Assembly: GCF_964355755.1 (NCBI RefSeq)
Contig: NC_092670.1
Coordinates: forward strand, 16,974,795-17,038,794
Direction: 5' to 3'
DNA length: 64,000 nt
Origin: Antedon mediterranea
Lineage: Eukaryota; Animalia; Echinodermata
Shown here: positions 39,501-52,035 of the stretch, piece after piece
Layout: every line of letters starts with the position of its first letter
Numbering within the stretch: the stretch's first letter is position 1
Notes under the pieces: model-generated
The model's database searches: none
What the model was told of the DNA's origin: nothing
Seen by the model: the letters and a program-made list of their open reading frames with translations, nothing else
Position numbers and translations under genes: made by a program

Positions 39501-42116
39501 CAAGTTATATCAAGCAGTAAGTTGTTCAATTTGTTTTTCAATTATGGAATTTGTTTATTTGATTTAGCTCATTTTTTTTTAATTTTGCAACTTTTACTTC
39601 AATATTTGTGGTGCCATACTTAGTAAGAACAATACAGTAGCACAGATTTTGTCCTGAGATTTTGTGTGATATTGAACATTGTCACAATTTATTTATCTAC
39701 TTTGTAAAAGTTGTTCATACAAATTCCATTGCAGATCTCAATAAGTCTTTCTTCTCTTCTCTATACCATCTATATTAAACAATGATATTTCCTGAATTAA
39801 ACCTGTTTCAATGTCAAAACCTTTATTTTTAACCTTTTTTTAGTTTGTTGCTTATTAAGCAATATGATTGAACATTGACACAATTATTTGTCTTTGTGTC
39901 TATTTAAAATACTTTTTGGTAATTTGCCATGACAAGGTAAAATTTTTAACCAGAATTTGTAAATACCTTATCAATTCATCAGCACCCTTGAGAATAAAAA
40001 TCATAAAATATTGAAGTAGTACAGATTCCATTGCTGTTTATCAGGGGAGGTAAGGCCACTAGGGTGATGGTAAACGAGGAATGAATTGTAGCCTGGTTTA
40101 TTGTGACTGCTAGCTAGCTTGTGCCACAACCCCACGTGGGCTCAAGAGTATCCCACAATATCTTGATTCGGTAATGCTTTTCAGTTGCATCTAGCCTAAC
40201 CTAGGTCACTAACACCAACTGTGTCATTCCCAATTTAGGAGCAGGCAGATCGATCTAGATTTCAGTGTAATTATAATAAATTACCATTTTGTTAAGAATT
40301 TTTACCAAAGAGTAATAATTTACGAAATCACCTGGAATGTATTTAATAAAGAAGTAGTTGTAAATCCAGATACTTAATAAGTCAAAATTATAGTTAACAG
40401 ATATAAAAAGCGTCTGTGGATTTGACGTCCTTCTTGCTCCCTCGATTACTTCGCGTGTGCCGTATATGCAATTCTTTAATTAACAGGAATTTTCCATGAT
40501 GAAAGAAGTTTGCAAAGTTATAAATTTGTAGTTTAGTTGCGTGTGCCAAAGATGTAGTTCTTTAATTAACAGGAATTTACCAAGTTTACTAAGCAATAAT
40601 TCAGCTTTAAGTGGATGAATAGAAACATTATGTTAGTGTGACTTGGAATGTTGCTGTTGGCCAAGCATTTTACAAAAGGAATATAAATCTATACTATACT
40701 TTAAGATGGATAATAACTTCCTATTAAAGTTCATGGAAATTATTTGTGGATTTATAGGCACTTGTACAGATCTAGGAAGTCATGTTTTAACGGTAAAACC
40801 GCAACATTTCGCAAGCCCAAACAAACCCCTCTTTTGCCCGAAGTGCCCTTTCAACTAGAAACCAGCAACGAAAGTAATGGTAAATAGGCCTAACTATCCT
40901 ATCTTATGACTATTTGTTTTTCCTTTTTCTGGAAAGATGAACCCTCTATAAAATTCCTGGCTACGGGCTTGTTTTATAACAGGTTCAAAGAATAGATGAT
41001 AGTTCCTTAGTGATAAGGAATCAAAGGAGAGATGTTGGTTCATTTTTTTCTTTTTATGGAATATTCAGGTTGATTCTATATTATTCGTACAGTATTTGCT
41101 TAATGTATACAGTATTTATCTTGTATTTTTTTGTCTTTTATTATACAGTAGTTTTTGACAATTCAATTCTTGATGTATATTGGTTGTTGTTGATCAGAAA
41201 TAGCAAAATGAGGAACCCAATTAATCAGTCTGTTTTGTTAAACTACCTGTATTATTTGTTTTAAATTAACCTATTTTTACGAATGAAGTTTGGCGGCATG
41301 ACAAAGGTTCATAGTTCAATAAATGTTGATATAATTTTTGCATTTGCATCTGATTAACTAAAGTCATAAGGTAATGGCTGAGTACTAGGCCCCCAACCCT
41401 TGAAACATCATCAATGGGACATCATGCAAATAAAACTAACAGACCGTCCTAGTAGGAAGTCTGGTATAGAGGATCGCCAGGTAATTCGTTGAAATCACAG
41501 CGGTACATCACCTCCAACTTGCCGATCGTTACTCCCAATGAGTTGAATCTTATTTCCTGCTGCCGGCCTAGTTTTTATAACCCAGCAAACGGTCCACGTA
41601 ACACCGTTGTTTTTAATCAAAACATAGCCCTGGCTTGGATACCTATCAGAAAAGGTAGGCTCTCCACTGATGCCTGGATTTTCTGACAGTGTTGGATAGA
41701 TATCAGGTTACACTGTCAAGAACGTTACCTTGTTTTTATATGGTGGAATATTAACATTGCATTTGAGTGTCTTTTGATTTGCCATAGGCACGTTTCTCAC
41801 AATTAGCCTTAACATTGCCGGGTAGATCAAGTAACTTAATGTGTGGTACTTAAACCCAAAATAAAAACATTTAACTTTGAAAATTGAAACAATTAATTTA
41901 GTTTCGTAAACTGGTGTTTTCTTTGATGGAAACTAATTATTTCAAAGTTGATATAAAATAGTATTTGACCTTTTGTTTGGTTTTCAATTTCAAACATAAA
42001 TATTAGAATAACTGAAATTTCATCTTGGTAACAGATAAGGTGATACGATTTTGTAATTCTTTTACTTCACATATAAAAACAGTCCGTAGTTCAAACTAAT
42101 TTTATTCTTTTCTGTA

Positions 42117-42260
42117 AAGCCTCGTCTTCACTATCAAACTTTATGTGACATATGTGACATATATGGACATGATGATGTCATATCAGTGCCATATTTGGGC
42201 ATATCACTAGCATATTTGGGCACACATTTTCTGTCAAATTTAATAGTGTAAACAGAGCTT
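42117..42260. mobile_element. AGCTCTGTCTACACT-family MITE (opposite orientation)
   Basis: AAGCCTCGTCTTCACTATCAAACT ... CATATTTGGGCA repeats ... TAGTGTAAACAGAGCTT, TA flanks. Confidence 0.78.
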
Positions 42261-43139
42261 TAAACATATTATGTTTTTAGGAAGGAAGTGTACAAAACAA
42301 ATTGTGGTAGTCGATATTCTAAGTATTTGTAGACTTAATGATTTTGAAAGATTTTCCCGATAAGATATTCAAGGAATTATTAAAATAATAATCGTGTGAT
42401 GGATTTTTTCCAGGTGGAATGATGATGTAGTAACAGAGGGGTAATGACTTACAATTCATACTAGCTTCCTATTCTCAAAGAACTGTTTGTATTTATTATT
42501 TTCGATAAACCGTCAGTGGCACAATACTATGGAAATATCAAGATATATCACTTTCCCTCCTTAAATCCTATAGTATGAGTACCTTTTCTCTGATAAAGCA
42601 TATAATAGTCATGTAGCCATGAGAAATAAAGTGGTCCAGGTTTCGCAAGGAATATTCTATATTCAAGCCAATGGGTTGTCAAAGGCCTCTGTGAAAAAGA
42701 GAAAATCTTACTGTACTGGGGGATACGGCCCTGCATATAATGGTAGTTTAATATAATATAATAGTACAATAACATTGGTATAACTGTAATGACGTCAAAA
42801 TAAGTCCCTTGTTAGACAACATAATATTTATGATATCATACTAATGTTGTATTATAAAACCCCACTCAAACACACACCAATTCCCACAGTAAAACATCCC
42901 ATGATTCCTGCCTCCTGATGTGTAAGACCGTGCAGATGGTACGTCACACATTGACCTGGTTTATGCTGTAAAGTCTGGTATAATGTTCTTATTAACAGCA
43001 GGTACAGGTGTTAAACCTTTTGATATCACAGCTATATAGGCCCACTATATCACCTGTATGTAATGTACATTATCTGTACTATTACATATTTATATAAAAG
43101 ATACAGAAGAAACTGGCAGGATGGTTTATCCTTTAAATG

Positions 43140-43415
43140 ATTATAATATTCGTTCTTATATAGCGCTTATTGCACAATGCTTCTGAGTGCTTCACAATAT
43201 TACCCAGGTCATTTTTTTTAATCAAACTCATTTGGAAACATACTTCCATAATGCAGTATAGTATTAGTAATCAGTGCAAAGTTGTGTCTTGATCTAACTG
43301 GGTACCCATTTATACACCTGGGTGGAGAGAGGCAAAAGTAAGTGTCTTGCCTAAGGATACAAGAAATGCGGCAAGAGTTGGATTCGAACGTCCAACACAC
43401 TGAGCCACAAGCCCA
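43140..43415 (-). mobile_element. tRNA-derived CORE/L2-tail-type SINE
   Basis: Minus-strand B box GTTCGAATCC (about 43389-43380), central CCTCTCTCCACCCAGGTGTATAAATGGGTACC, 3' AAGCAC..AAGCGCTATATAAG ending typical of L2-mobilised SINEs. Confidence 0.7.
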
Positions 43416-43642
43416 GTTTAATATCTGTATGTATGAATACTTCTGAAGTTCTATTAGTAAAAACATTTCTTTATCTGTTGTTTTGTCATTTAGATTATTT
43501 CCTATTGGATAATAGTTCTCTTCATTAATGGTGTGACTGTTACAAATTTAAATGATTGATACTGATAGATGACAATAGATACCATTTACTTTAACATGGA
43601 AAAATAAAGTACTGTCCTTATTTCTCCACGATTGACAACTAA

Positions 43643-44717
43643 GGCCCTGTTCAGACCCATGGCGTTAGACCGTTTTAGCGTACGACGCTAAAAGAATGTG
43701 TGTCTGAACAGTTGGGGATTAGCGTACAACGCGTCGTACAACGGTTGTAGCGTTGTAGTGGAAAACGGTTGATAGTACCGTTTTAGCGTACGACGCTACT
43801 GTAAGTCAACGTTGTATCCAATCAGAACGTTTCCTGTTATGACGCGAAACAAGGTTTGACCTAGGCTGACATCTTGTATCGTCAATGTGTGAGATGGATT
43901 TCAATAACAAAAAGGCCAGAATAAATAAGGCCTAACTACACTACAAATACAACTGTTACAAAGGCTACAAACTATTATCAACTGATTACCATTATATTTT
44001 CTAACAAATGACATAAATACATGCACCTTGTATTTCAACATAGGGACTACGATCCCATCCGCTTTTAGGCCTAGCTAGGCCTAGAGCCATTCAGGCATTT
44101 CATTCAAGCTAAAAACTAGCGTGGGACATCAAGTCACTCATTCATACAAGGCAGACTAGACTGGACAAGTTTAATGCTGAAAACCCCCTAACTCCTAAAA
44201 AAATCAGTAAACAAACAAGGGGAGCTGTGTCCCTTTTATTAGCAAGTTAAGGGTTATTTTCAACCGACTGGACTGGGTGGGAATATATATCTTTGACTGG
44301 ACTGGATAGACTAATCACAATCATATTTTTCTTCATCATTACGAGGCCTGCTTTATTTTCGTAGCACAAGAGCCTGGGGAAAATGTTTTTTACTACAAAA
44401 TAAAAACAATTGAAACAGAAATTTGGCTTTACTATATTTTTCTTAAATAAATTCTGAGGTATGTTTTATTTACGGCAAATGTTGTCATAATTGTAGGGCT
44501 GAGATCTAGGCCTATATACAGTGGAAATGATGAAAACACGTGGGTAAGAGCACATGAATATGCAACTAGAAACAACCTGGATGACGTACTTCCGTTGTAA
44601 CAATAATCGTACGCTATGGGTCTGAACACCTCGTTTTTTTCTCTGCGGTTTGTAACGTGACCTTGATAGTAACGTTGTACGCTAAAACGGTCTAACGCCA
44701 TGGGTCTGAACAGGGCC
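43643..44717. mobile_element. Non-autonomous PIF/Harbinger element (recent)
   Basis: Perfect TIR of about 40 bp GGCCCTGTTCAGACCCATGGCGTTAGACCGTTTTAGCGTAC, TAA target duplication (43640-43642 and 44718-44720), subterminal AGCGTACGACGCT/CGTTGTA motifs. Confidence 0.92.
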
Positions 44718-45816
44718 TAAATATATGTTATCATACTGTGTTATCTGGCAATTGGGCTGAGTTGTTGCACTTTCAAAAGGTTCAATTTTAAGCTGACTTT
44801 TTATACACTTGATCTAAATCAATAATTTACCTTATTGTTATTGAGAAATAAAGAAGATAACATGCTTTGTGTTCATTCACCCATACCAAGTATTTCCTCT
44901 ATTATTGACCTGAACCTAGATTTGCATACCTTGTCAATTTATACTTGTATTTTGTAGGCTACTTTTGACAATTATTTATATTATTTGTTTATTTATGTTC
45001 TGTTATAAATATCTAGTTTTATAAAGTTCAAACGTAAAGTTAAAAGTACCCTATAATGAATTTCTGAATTTTGTAAAATATTCACAGATGATCTTGTAGG
45101 AAAGAAGTTATTTGTCTTCTCCAGTCTAGTTTTGGCAAAAAACCCCAAAGAAATTGTGGTGCCAGTTAAGACATTCCCTTACATTTTTCTCCATATTCAA
45201 AGGTTTACCAAAAAATCATGTGAGAATTGATCCTTATCTAAGTATTGTCACCTACTATCAAATAAAAACGAGTGACCGCAGTGCCAGTTTAAGCACTCTG
45301 TAAGGTAGATCTTATTAAGTTTTCCGGTTGTCTTTGAATTAGTTCCTGCTTAACACTTTACCTGTTCACTTTAGACTGGTTGACAGTTACTTAACTGAAA
45401 CAATGCAAGTAAGAACATGCTTCCTGATTTGAAAAATATATTTGTTTTCTATATACAGTATTTCTACACAAAGTACTTCTTTGATAGATAATTAGTTAAA
45501 CCTGTTTAGTAATTAGATATAATACAGTATAATATATATAGACTCACTGTAATACATAATTGACATTTTGTTGTCAGCTCCAGGATGTTGAAGGTTTTAC
45601 CTTATCGCACCTGACTCTGATCCTGTGTTTCCCGAATCAAACCACTTCTAACTTCCTTCATATCATTCTCCTTCCTTCATCTTTTCCTTGTTCAGTTTTT
45701 ACGTCTCATTGGTTCCCACGCTGGTCATTTTTGTGTCCTTGGGTAAAGTAATGTATTTATGTTGTCTAAAGTTTGTTGTTTAGGGTCACATACAGTGGAG
45801 TAATGCACAGGGCAAA

Positions 45817-47085
45817 TATAAGACCCCTGGATTACAACTCCTAAGAGACTCTCCAACGCTGGGTATAAGACCCCTGGATTACAACTCCTAAGAGACTCTC
45901 CAACGCTGGGTGTAAGACCCCTGGATTACAACTCCTAAGAGACTCTCCAACGCTGGGTATAAGACCCCTGGATTACAACTCCTAAGAGACTCTCCAACGC
46001 TGGGTATAAGACCCCTGGATTACAACTCCTAAGAGACTCTCCAACGCTGGGCATAAGACCCCTGGATTACAACTCCTAAGAGACTCTCCAACGCTGGGCA
46101 TAAGACACCTGGATTACAACTCCTAAGAGACTCTCCAACGCTGGGTATAAGACCCCTGGATTACAACTCCTAAGAGACTCTCCAACGCTGGGTATAAGAC
46201 CCCTGGATTACAACTCCTAAGAGACTCTCCAACGCTGGGTATAAGACCCCTGGATTACAACTCCTAAGAGACTCTCCAACGCTGGGTATAAGACCCCTGG
46301 ATTACAACTCTTAAGAGACTCTCCAACGCTGGGTATAAGACCCCTGGATTACAACTCCTAAGAGACTCTCCAACGCTGGGTATAAGACCCCTGGATTACA
46401 ACTCCTAAGAGACTCTCCAACGCTGGGTATAAGACCCCTGGATTACAACTCCTAAGAGACTCTCCAACGCTGGGTATAAGACCCCTGGATTACAACTCCT
46501 AAGAGACTCTCCAACGCTGGGTATAAGACCCCTGGATTACAACTCCTAAGAGACTCTCCAACGCTGGGTATAAGACCCCTGGATTACAACTCTTAAGAGA
46601 CTCTCCAACGCTGGGTATAAGACCCCTGGATTACAACTCCTAAGAGACTCTCCAACGCTGGGTATAAGACCCCTGGATTACAACTCCTAAGAGACTCTCC
46701 AACGCTGGGTATAAGACCCCTGGATTACAACTCCTAAGAGACTCTCCAACGCTGGGTATAAGACCCCTGGATTACAACTCCTAAGAGACTCTCCAACGCT
46801 GGGTATAAGACCCCTGGATTACAACTCCTAAGAGACTCTCCAACGCTGGGTATAAGACCCCTGGATTACAACTCCTAAGAGACTCTCCAACGCTGGGTAT
46901 AAGACCCCTGGATTACAACTCCTAAGAGACTCTCCAACGCTGGGTATAAGACCCCTGGATTATAACTCCTAAGAGACTCTCCAACGCTGGGTATAAGACC
47001 CCTGGATTACAACTCCTAAGAGACTCTCCAACGCTGGGTATAAGACCCCTGGATTACAACTCCTAAGAGACTCTCCAACGCTGGG
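45817..47085. repeat. 47-bp tandem minisatellite, 27 near-identical copies
   Basis: Unit TATAAGACCCCTGGATTACAACTCCTAAGAGACTCTCCAACGCTGGG; 1269 bp = 27 x 47; only a handful of substitutions and no spacers. Confidence 0.97.
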
Positions 47086-48211
47086 TAGTTGTATTGGACT
47101 GCTCATACTCTGGGACCCTTTAAGATCTCATAGCTATTACGCTACTAAGTACAAATACTATGGTATGTGTGTGTACATCATTTTATTTTGCCGATATACA
47201 AAACTACTTTACTTTATTCTGTATTGTATTTTTATTTGATTTGGTTAACGCAAAGGTTATGGCCTGTAATATAGGCATCACATGTGATACACAGTATTAT
47301 AGTAGTTGCCTATAATGATGCTGTACAAATAATGCAGTATGTGGTGATATAGTACAGAGTATCAGGTGTTCAATGGATATTATTAAACTGAGTTATTCCA
47401 TTATTTGTAATTTTGATAATATCTTATAGTGCTTTTATTGACAATGTACAACCTTGAGGTATCTATAGTTATGGATAAATAATTGTACCAATGTCAAAGT
47501 CTTACTAGTATAGCTTCAAATGCTGAGTCTAAACTCAAATAGGTGGTCTTATCAATTAGTTATAGTACTGGTAGATAGGTAGTCCCCTTAATTTCAGTTA
47601 CAGAGCTAACAACTTTATCACCCTTAATACTAATAATAGACTTGCATAGGCCTAAAGTTGAAACTTAAAAACTTTACTTTAGAAACTAATCAATTACATA
47701 ATAGACATTTCCTTCCATTATTTAACTTACAGCATTTTATTTTTTATTTTCCTGTAATTCAAATTGACCTTTTTATTGCCTATTTGAAGAGCCGCCATTT
47801 ATTACCATGGTGACATTGGAGGACCATCAATGCCACTTACAACTATTATTATTCTATTCTTTAAATATAGAACTTTTGACTTCTACTTTTAGACAGATTT
47901 TTATCATATCCTTTCAGTTTCCAATCCTTGAACTATGTGTTTTTATATTTCTCAGTACAATGTATAAACATGTACAGGCATTAGAAAAAATTCCAAACCA
48001 ACCCGCGAAATACAAATTATATTAATTAATATATATAGATCCAAAAGCAAATTACTGAAAAAATGACAATGGTTAGCGTATCAGTGGCTGAATCTCAATG
48101 GCGATACAAAGTAAAATAAGTAAAAAGCTATATTGTTTGAAGGTTTGCATGGCAAAATCAAATGTTGATATAAAGTTTGCGAGACACCCTGTATATTAGT
48201 TCTGAAGTTGA

Positions 48212-48262
48212 AGTTCTCGAAGTTTTGATCAATATGCTTGATCGTCCTCAGGAGTGAGAACT
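48212..48262 (-). ncRNA. Second, degenerate minimal hammerhead motif in tandem
   Basis: Minus strand: AGTTCTCACTC CTGAGGA C GATCAA GCATA TTGATC AAAA CT TC GAGAACT. 6-bp stem II, GAAA changed to AAAA, stem I flanks pair. Confidence 0.6.
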
Positions 48263-48277
48263 ATAATCAAAACAAAA

Positions 48278-48318
48278 TATTGCACAGCTTTCAGGCAACA
48301 CCCTTCATCAGTGCAATA
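48278..48318 (-). ncRNA. Minimal type I hammerhead ribozyme motif (Penelope-type)
   Basis: Minus strand: TATTGCA CTGATGA AGG GTGTTG CCT GAAA GC TG TGCAATA, i.e. 7-bp stem I, intact core, stem II and palindromic AGCT in place of stem III. Position 17 is G, which is non-canonical. Confidence 0.7.
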
Positions 48319-49151
48319 ATAATAATATATAATGTTAGCAACAAAAAAAAGTTGATTGTAACTCATTAATTTAATTTAAATTATTAATTAGGTATGTGAA
48401 TACTAACAATATGTGAAATAGCATCCCCTGTGACCCGCCTAATCCGTTCCTAATAACATAACTTTCTCATGGGTTTAGATTATTAACCCTCATTGGCTGC
48501 AATATTCAATATCATATTAAAAGGATGAAGATAAAAACAAAAACGATTGACTGATTTCCTTATAAAAATTAATTGATCTTAAAAACAGTAAACACACTTG
48601 GTCTGGTAAGTTTGAATGGGAAAGTAATCACGTTTAATTTATTTACTTCTTTGTATCATTGAATAGAGTCATCATACCTTAATGGATACTCTAACCAATT
48701 AGAGTGTATGAACACCCACCGTACCGCCTCAACAATACACAAATTTATTTAGTTACATTTTTGTTTGCTTTACAGAGTGGAATTTTAGCATTTGTTTGAA
48801 ACGTCAACCAGCTAAAGAATGAAAATCAGAATACGTTAAAATCTATTTGTTCGCTTGTGAATACCGATTGCATGCCTGAACGTGCGTTCAATCAAATACC
48901 GTTATATTGCTTTGTTCTGCCATTGTTCTTTCATTCTTTGAGGAAATAATGTAAAATAATAAAATGGTACAACTGTTTCACACCTCACTAATCAACTTTG
49001 TATCTTGTTTTGTAAATTAAATAAAGTTATTAATTTTACCTTGAAGGCTACTCTTCTAATGTTATAAAGATGCAACGTGGGGAGATTGCCAACAGGTGTG
49101 TTACATATAAACTTGCATAAGGCAACCCAAATAATGCATTAGTTTGTGCTA

Positions 49152-49419
49152 AGCTCTGTCTGCACTGAGTACAAATACAATGTGTGTGTGTATATCATTT
49201 TCTTTTGCCGATATACAAAACTACTACTTTACTCTGGGTTTAGGGTTATGGCCTGTAATACAGGCATCAGATGTGGTACACAGTAGTATTATAGAAGTTG
49301 CCAAGCACTGTCAGCACTAGCAAACAAGTGATATGCATAACTATGGTAGTGATATGACATCATCATTTCCATGGGCATGTGCTATCATATCACATAAAGT
49401 TTGATAGTGTAGACAGAGC
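49152..49419. mobile_element. AGCTCTGTCTACACT-family MITE containing a captured local sequence
   Basis: Left TIR AGCTCTGTCTGCACT, right end TTTGATAGTGTAGACAGAGC; 49164-49302 is a diverged copy of 47144-47310. Confidence 0.75.
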
Positions 49420-49434
49420 CAGAATTGTTATCTT

Positions 49435-49785
49435 TATTTCATGTATTGTAAATGTATGTATTATATTTTATTTCATGTTTGATGATTATTGTCAATGTTG
49501 AATTGGTGCCTGATTTTTATTTTTGTTGCACTTTGTATGTCAAAATGTTTTTCATGTTGCAAACTTACCTACAGTACTTATTTTTCATGTTGCAATACTG
49601 TATTAGTATGCCAAAATGTAGCACCTAATTTTAGTTTATGTTGTTGTGGTTATATATTTTATTTTTGAGGCACTAAGTATGTCAGGATGTAATATATTTT
49701 TTTTTTATGTTTCAGCACATACTTATTTTTCATGTTGTAGTAACTATGCACAAATGTATTACATACTTTATTTTCCATGGTTATG
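49435..49785. repeat. Degenerate AT-rich minisatellite
   Basis: Recurrent TTATTTTTCATGTTG and GTATG(C/T)CA(A/G)(A/G)ATGT motifs. Confidence 0.55.
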
Positions 49786-50007
49786 TTGTATGTGGTAATG
49801 ATTGTAATTAAAATGCTCACAAACTCTATAAATGTTTTTGATTGTTTTTTTGTTGATTATAATATAATATAGATTCAACCAAAGAATGTGTTTCAAAAGA
49901 ATGACCAATCTGTAATTGTTGAAAGTTTATCTGAAATTTGAAAAAGACTTTATAAAAGTAAAATTATGATAATGCAATTTGCAACTATTCGATATCATGA
50001 TTTCAAG

Positions 50008-50269
50008 ATCTTTTTTTACCATCCCAAAATCAATGGTACATCCTGACATATGCAGCGCCCTATTCCATAAGGTAAAAGTGTTGCAGACAAATCTGCAGAT
50101 TGCTTATTCTTGGATTCATTGCAACTATTATAGACTTGCATGGAAAATATTTAATTAGGATCTTTTTTTATCATCCCAAAATCAATGGTACGTATGCCGC
50201 ACCCATTCCATAAAGCTAAAAGTGTAAACATTTGCAGACTGCTATTGCTGCTATATATTCTTGGATTCA
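50008..50269. repeat. Diverged tandem duplication, period about 150 bp
   Basis: GATCTTTTTTTA.CATCCCAAAATCAATGGTAC...ATTCCATAA...AAAAGTGT...TGCAGA...TATTCTTGGATTCA occurs twice. Confidence 0.8.
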
Positions 50270-51254
50270 CTGTGATTTTCCTTTCCTTGAAGTCCTAGGT
50301 ATCTACATATTTATGATAGTACAGTAATAGTAATCAGAGCATGACTTGAATAATAAGGATGATGCAGACAAATATAGCGCCAACAAAAATCCAAGTCTAC
50401 TAAAGTAGGCGGTAGTCTTTTAAATGTCATAAAAGGAAAAAAACTGTTTCGGAAGTTTGTTATTAGCTCTTTGTATGATATATCCTTTTGTATAATTTTA
50501 TACCATGCGTGAATTTCATTCAAAGAGTTTTTTATTTTATTCATATTCATAATAGATATTATTGCTTTATTTTTCCCATTTTTCCTTTGTGTGTTTGTTC
50601 AGACTTTGAAGTTTCACTTGCCTTCCGCTCATTGAAAAAAATTAATTTTATTGCCAGAAGAAACAAACAAAAAATACAATAATACAGTAGTATGTATAAC
50701 AGTTGTTGTGGGAGCAGGCGATTGTTAAGTTGTTTGTCTATTAATAATGATATATTTATGAAACTACACTTTTACAATGGTGGCACACGTTCATACACGG
50801 TATGAGAATCATGGGAAAGATATAGGGAAGTAGCGGTGGGAAGGTGCTGAGATTTCATTGTTCTATCATTTGGTTTATATAGTGTTTGTTGAAATCTGGA
50901 GATGAGAATTAGAATGTTCCGTCGGTAATCCATGCAGAATCATAATCAAGACATGTCTTGGTTTTCTTTAAAAAAATCATTTCTGTCATTACAATGTCAT
51001 TGTCAGAGTTCGTCAAGTCATTTTTTTAGTGTATTGTGGTCCATAGCACAATTCATCACCATATTCCCTCGCATCTTATCGTAACAACTTTGAACAGATA
51101 AAAGAAACAAACACTTGAAACAAATTAATTTTTGTTTTAAATTATAATTTACCATGCTGTATGATACAAATGGTCATCAGATCACCTGACCAACCATACA
51201 ATTTGCATAATATTATGCTTTTCTAAAAAAATTATAAAACACGACAAACAATGT

Positions 51255-52035
51255 TTTATTTACAAAACTAGACAAAATATTATATAAACTTATTTAAACA
51301 CTTTAGAGTGTTTGAAGTTAGAATGTTTTTTATAAGAAATCAGAATGTTACATATGGAATGACATTTATCCCTTAAAAAATTAAATTATGATGTTTACTC
51401 TATTTATAAAAAAACTCAAGTATAAAAAAAGTTTAATCATCTTTTATAAAATTACTTACAAATAGACTTAAAGAATATTTGCATAAATTATTGATGTTTA
51501 AACATACAAAAATATCTGATTTTAATTATTGGAAGACAAGTGCCACATATAGTTTTTATATAAAAATATCAAATTTATATATTTGTGTGCTTTTTGGAAT
51601 ATAATACTTGGTTGTTAGCAGTTTGTTCTATTTTCTCAAAGGGGATTTACATCCATGAGACAACTAATAATTGTACTTTCATCATCTAGTTGCAGATGAA
51701 AACAGTGCCAACAAAACTTGTGCATAGTTAATATTTCAGAAATTAATGTACTATAATATATAAGAGAACTGTGGATCAAGGTGATATAATTACCCTACCA
51801 AAATAATATTTAGAAAACACCCCTTGGTCCCATAAAATTATTTCTATAATACTGTATCCTAAAAATAGATCTTTTTAAACCACCCTCTTTTAAATCTCAA
51901 ACTTATATAAATATTTACATGTGAGGAAATTTACAGTGTACTTATATTAAAAACTTTTATACATATTTATGTTTATAATTATATACAATTTGTACAAGTT
52001 TTGCATAATTAATGTTCATTGGCCTATACAGATTA
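51255..52035 (-). other. Probable SoxE 3' UTR ending near a poly(A) signal
   Basis: Very AU-rich, repeat-free stretch after the stop codon. AATAAA on the minus strand at 51260-51255; TGTAHATA Pumilio elements at 51987-51980, 51919-51912 and 51264-51257. Confidence 0.55.

Noticed and set aside
40040-41700. GC-richer patches at about 40.0-40.25 and 41.36-41.7 kb as defined elements
   Set aside because: Probably old repeat fragments, but no termini, TSDs, ORFs or second copies are visible in the window.
45817-47085. CRISPR array or coding repeat
   Set aside because: Units are contiguous and near-identical with no unique spacers, there are no cas genes, the context is eukaryotic, and the 47-bp period contains stop codons.
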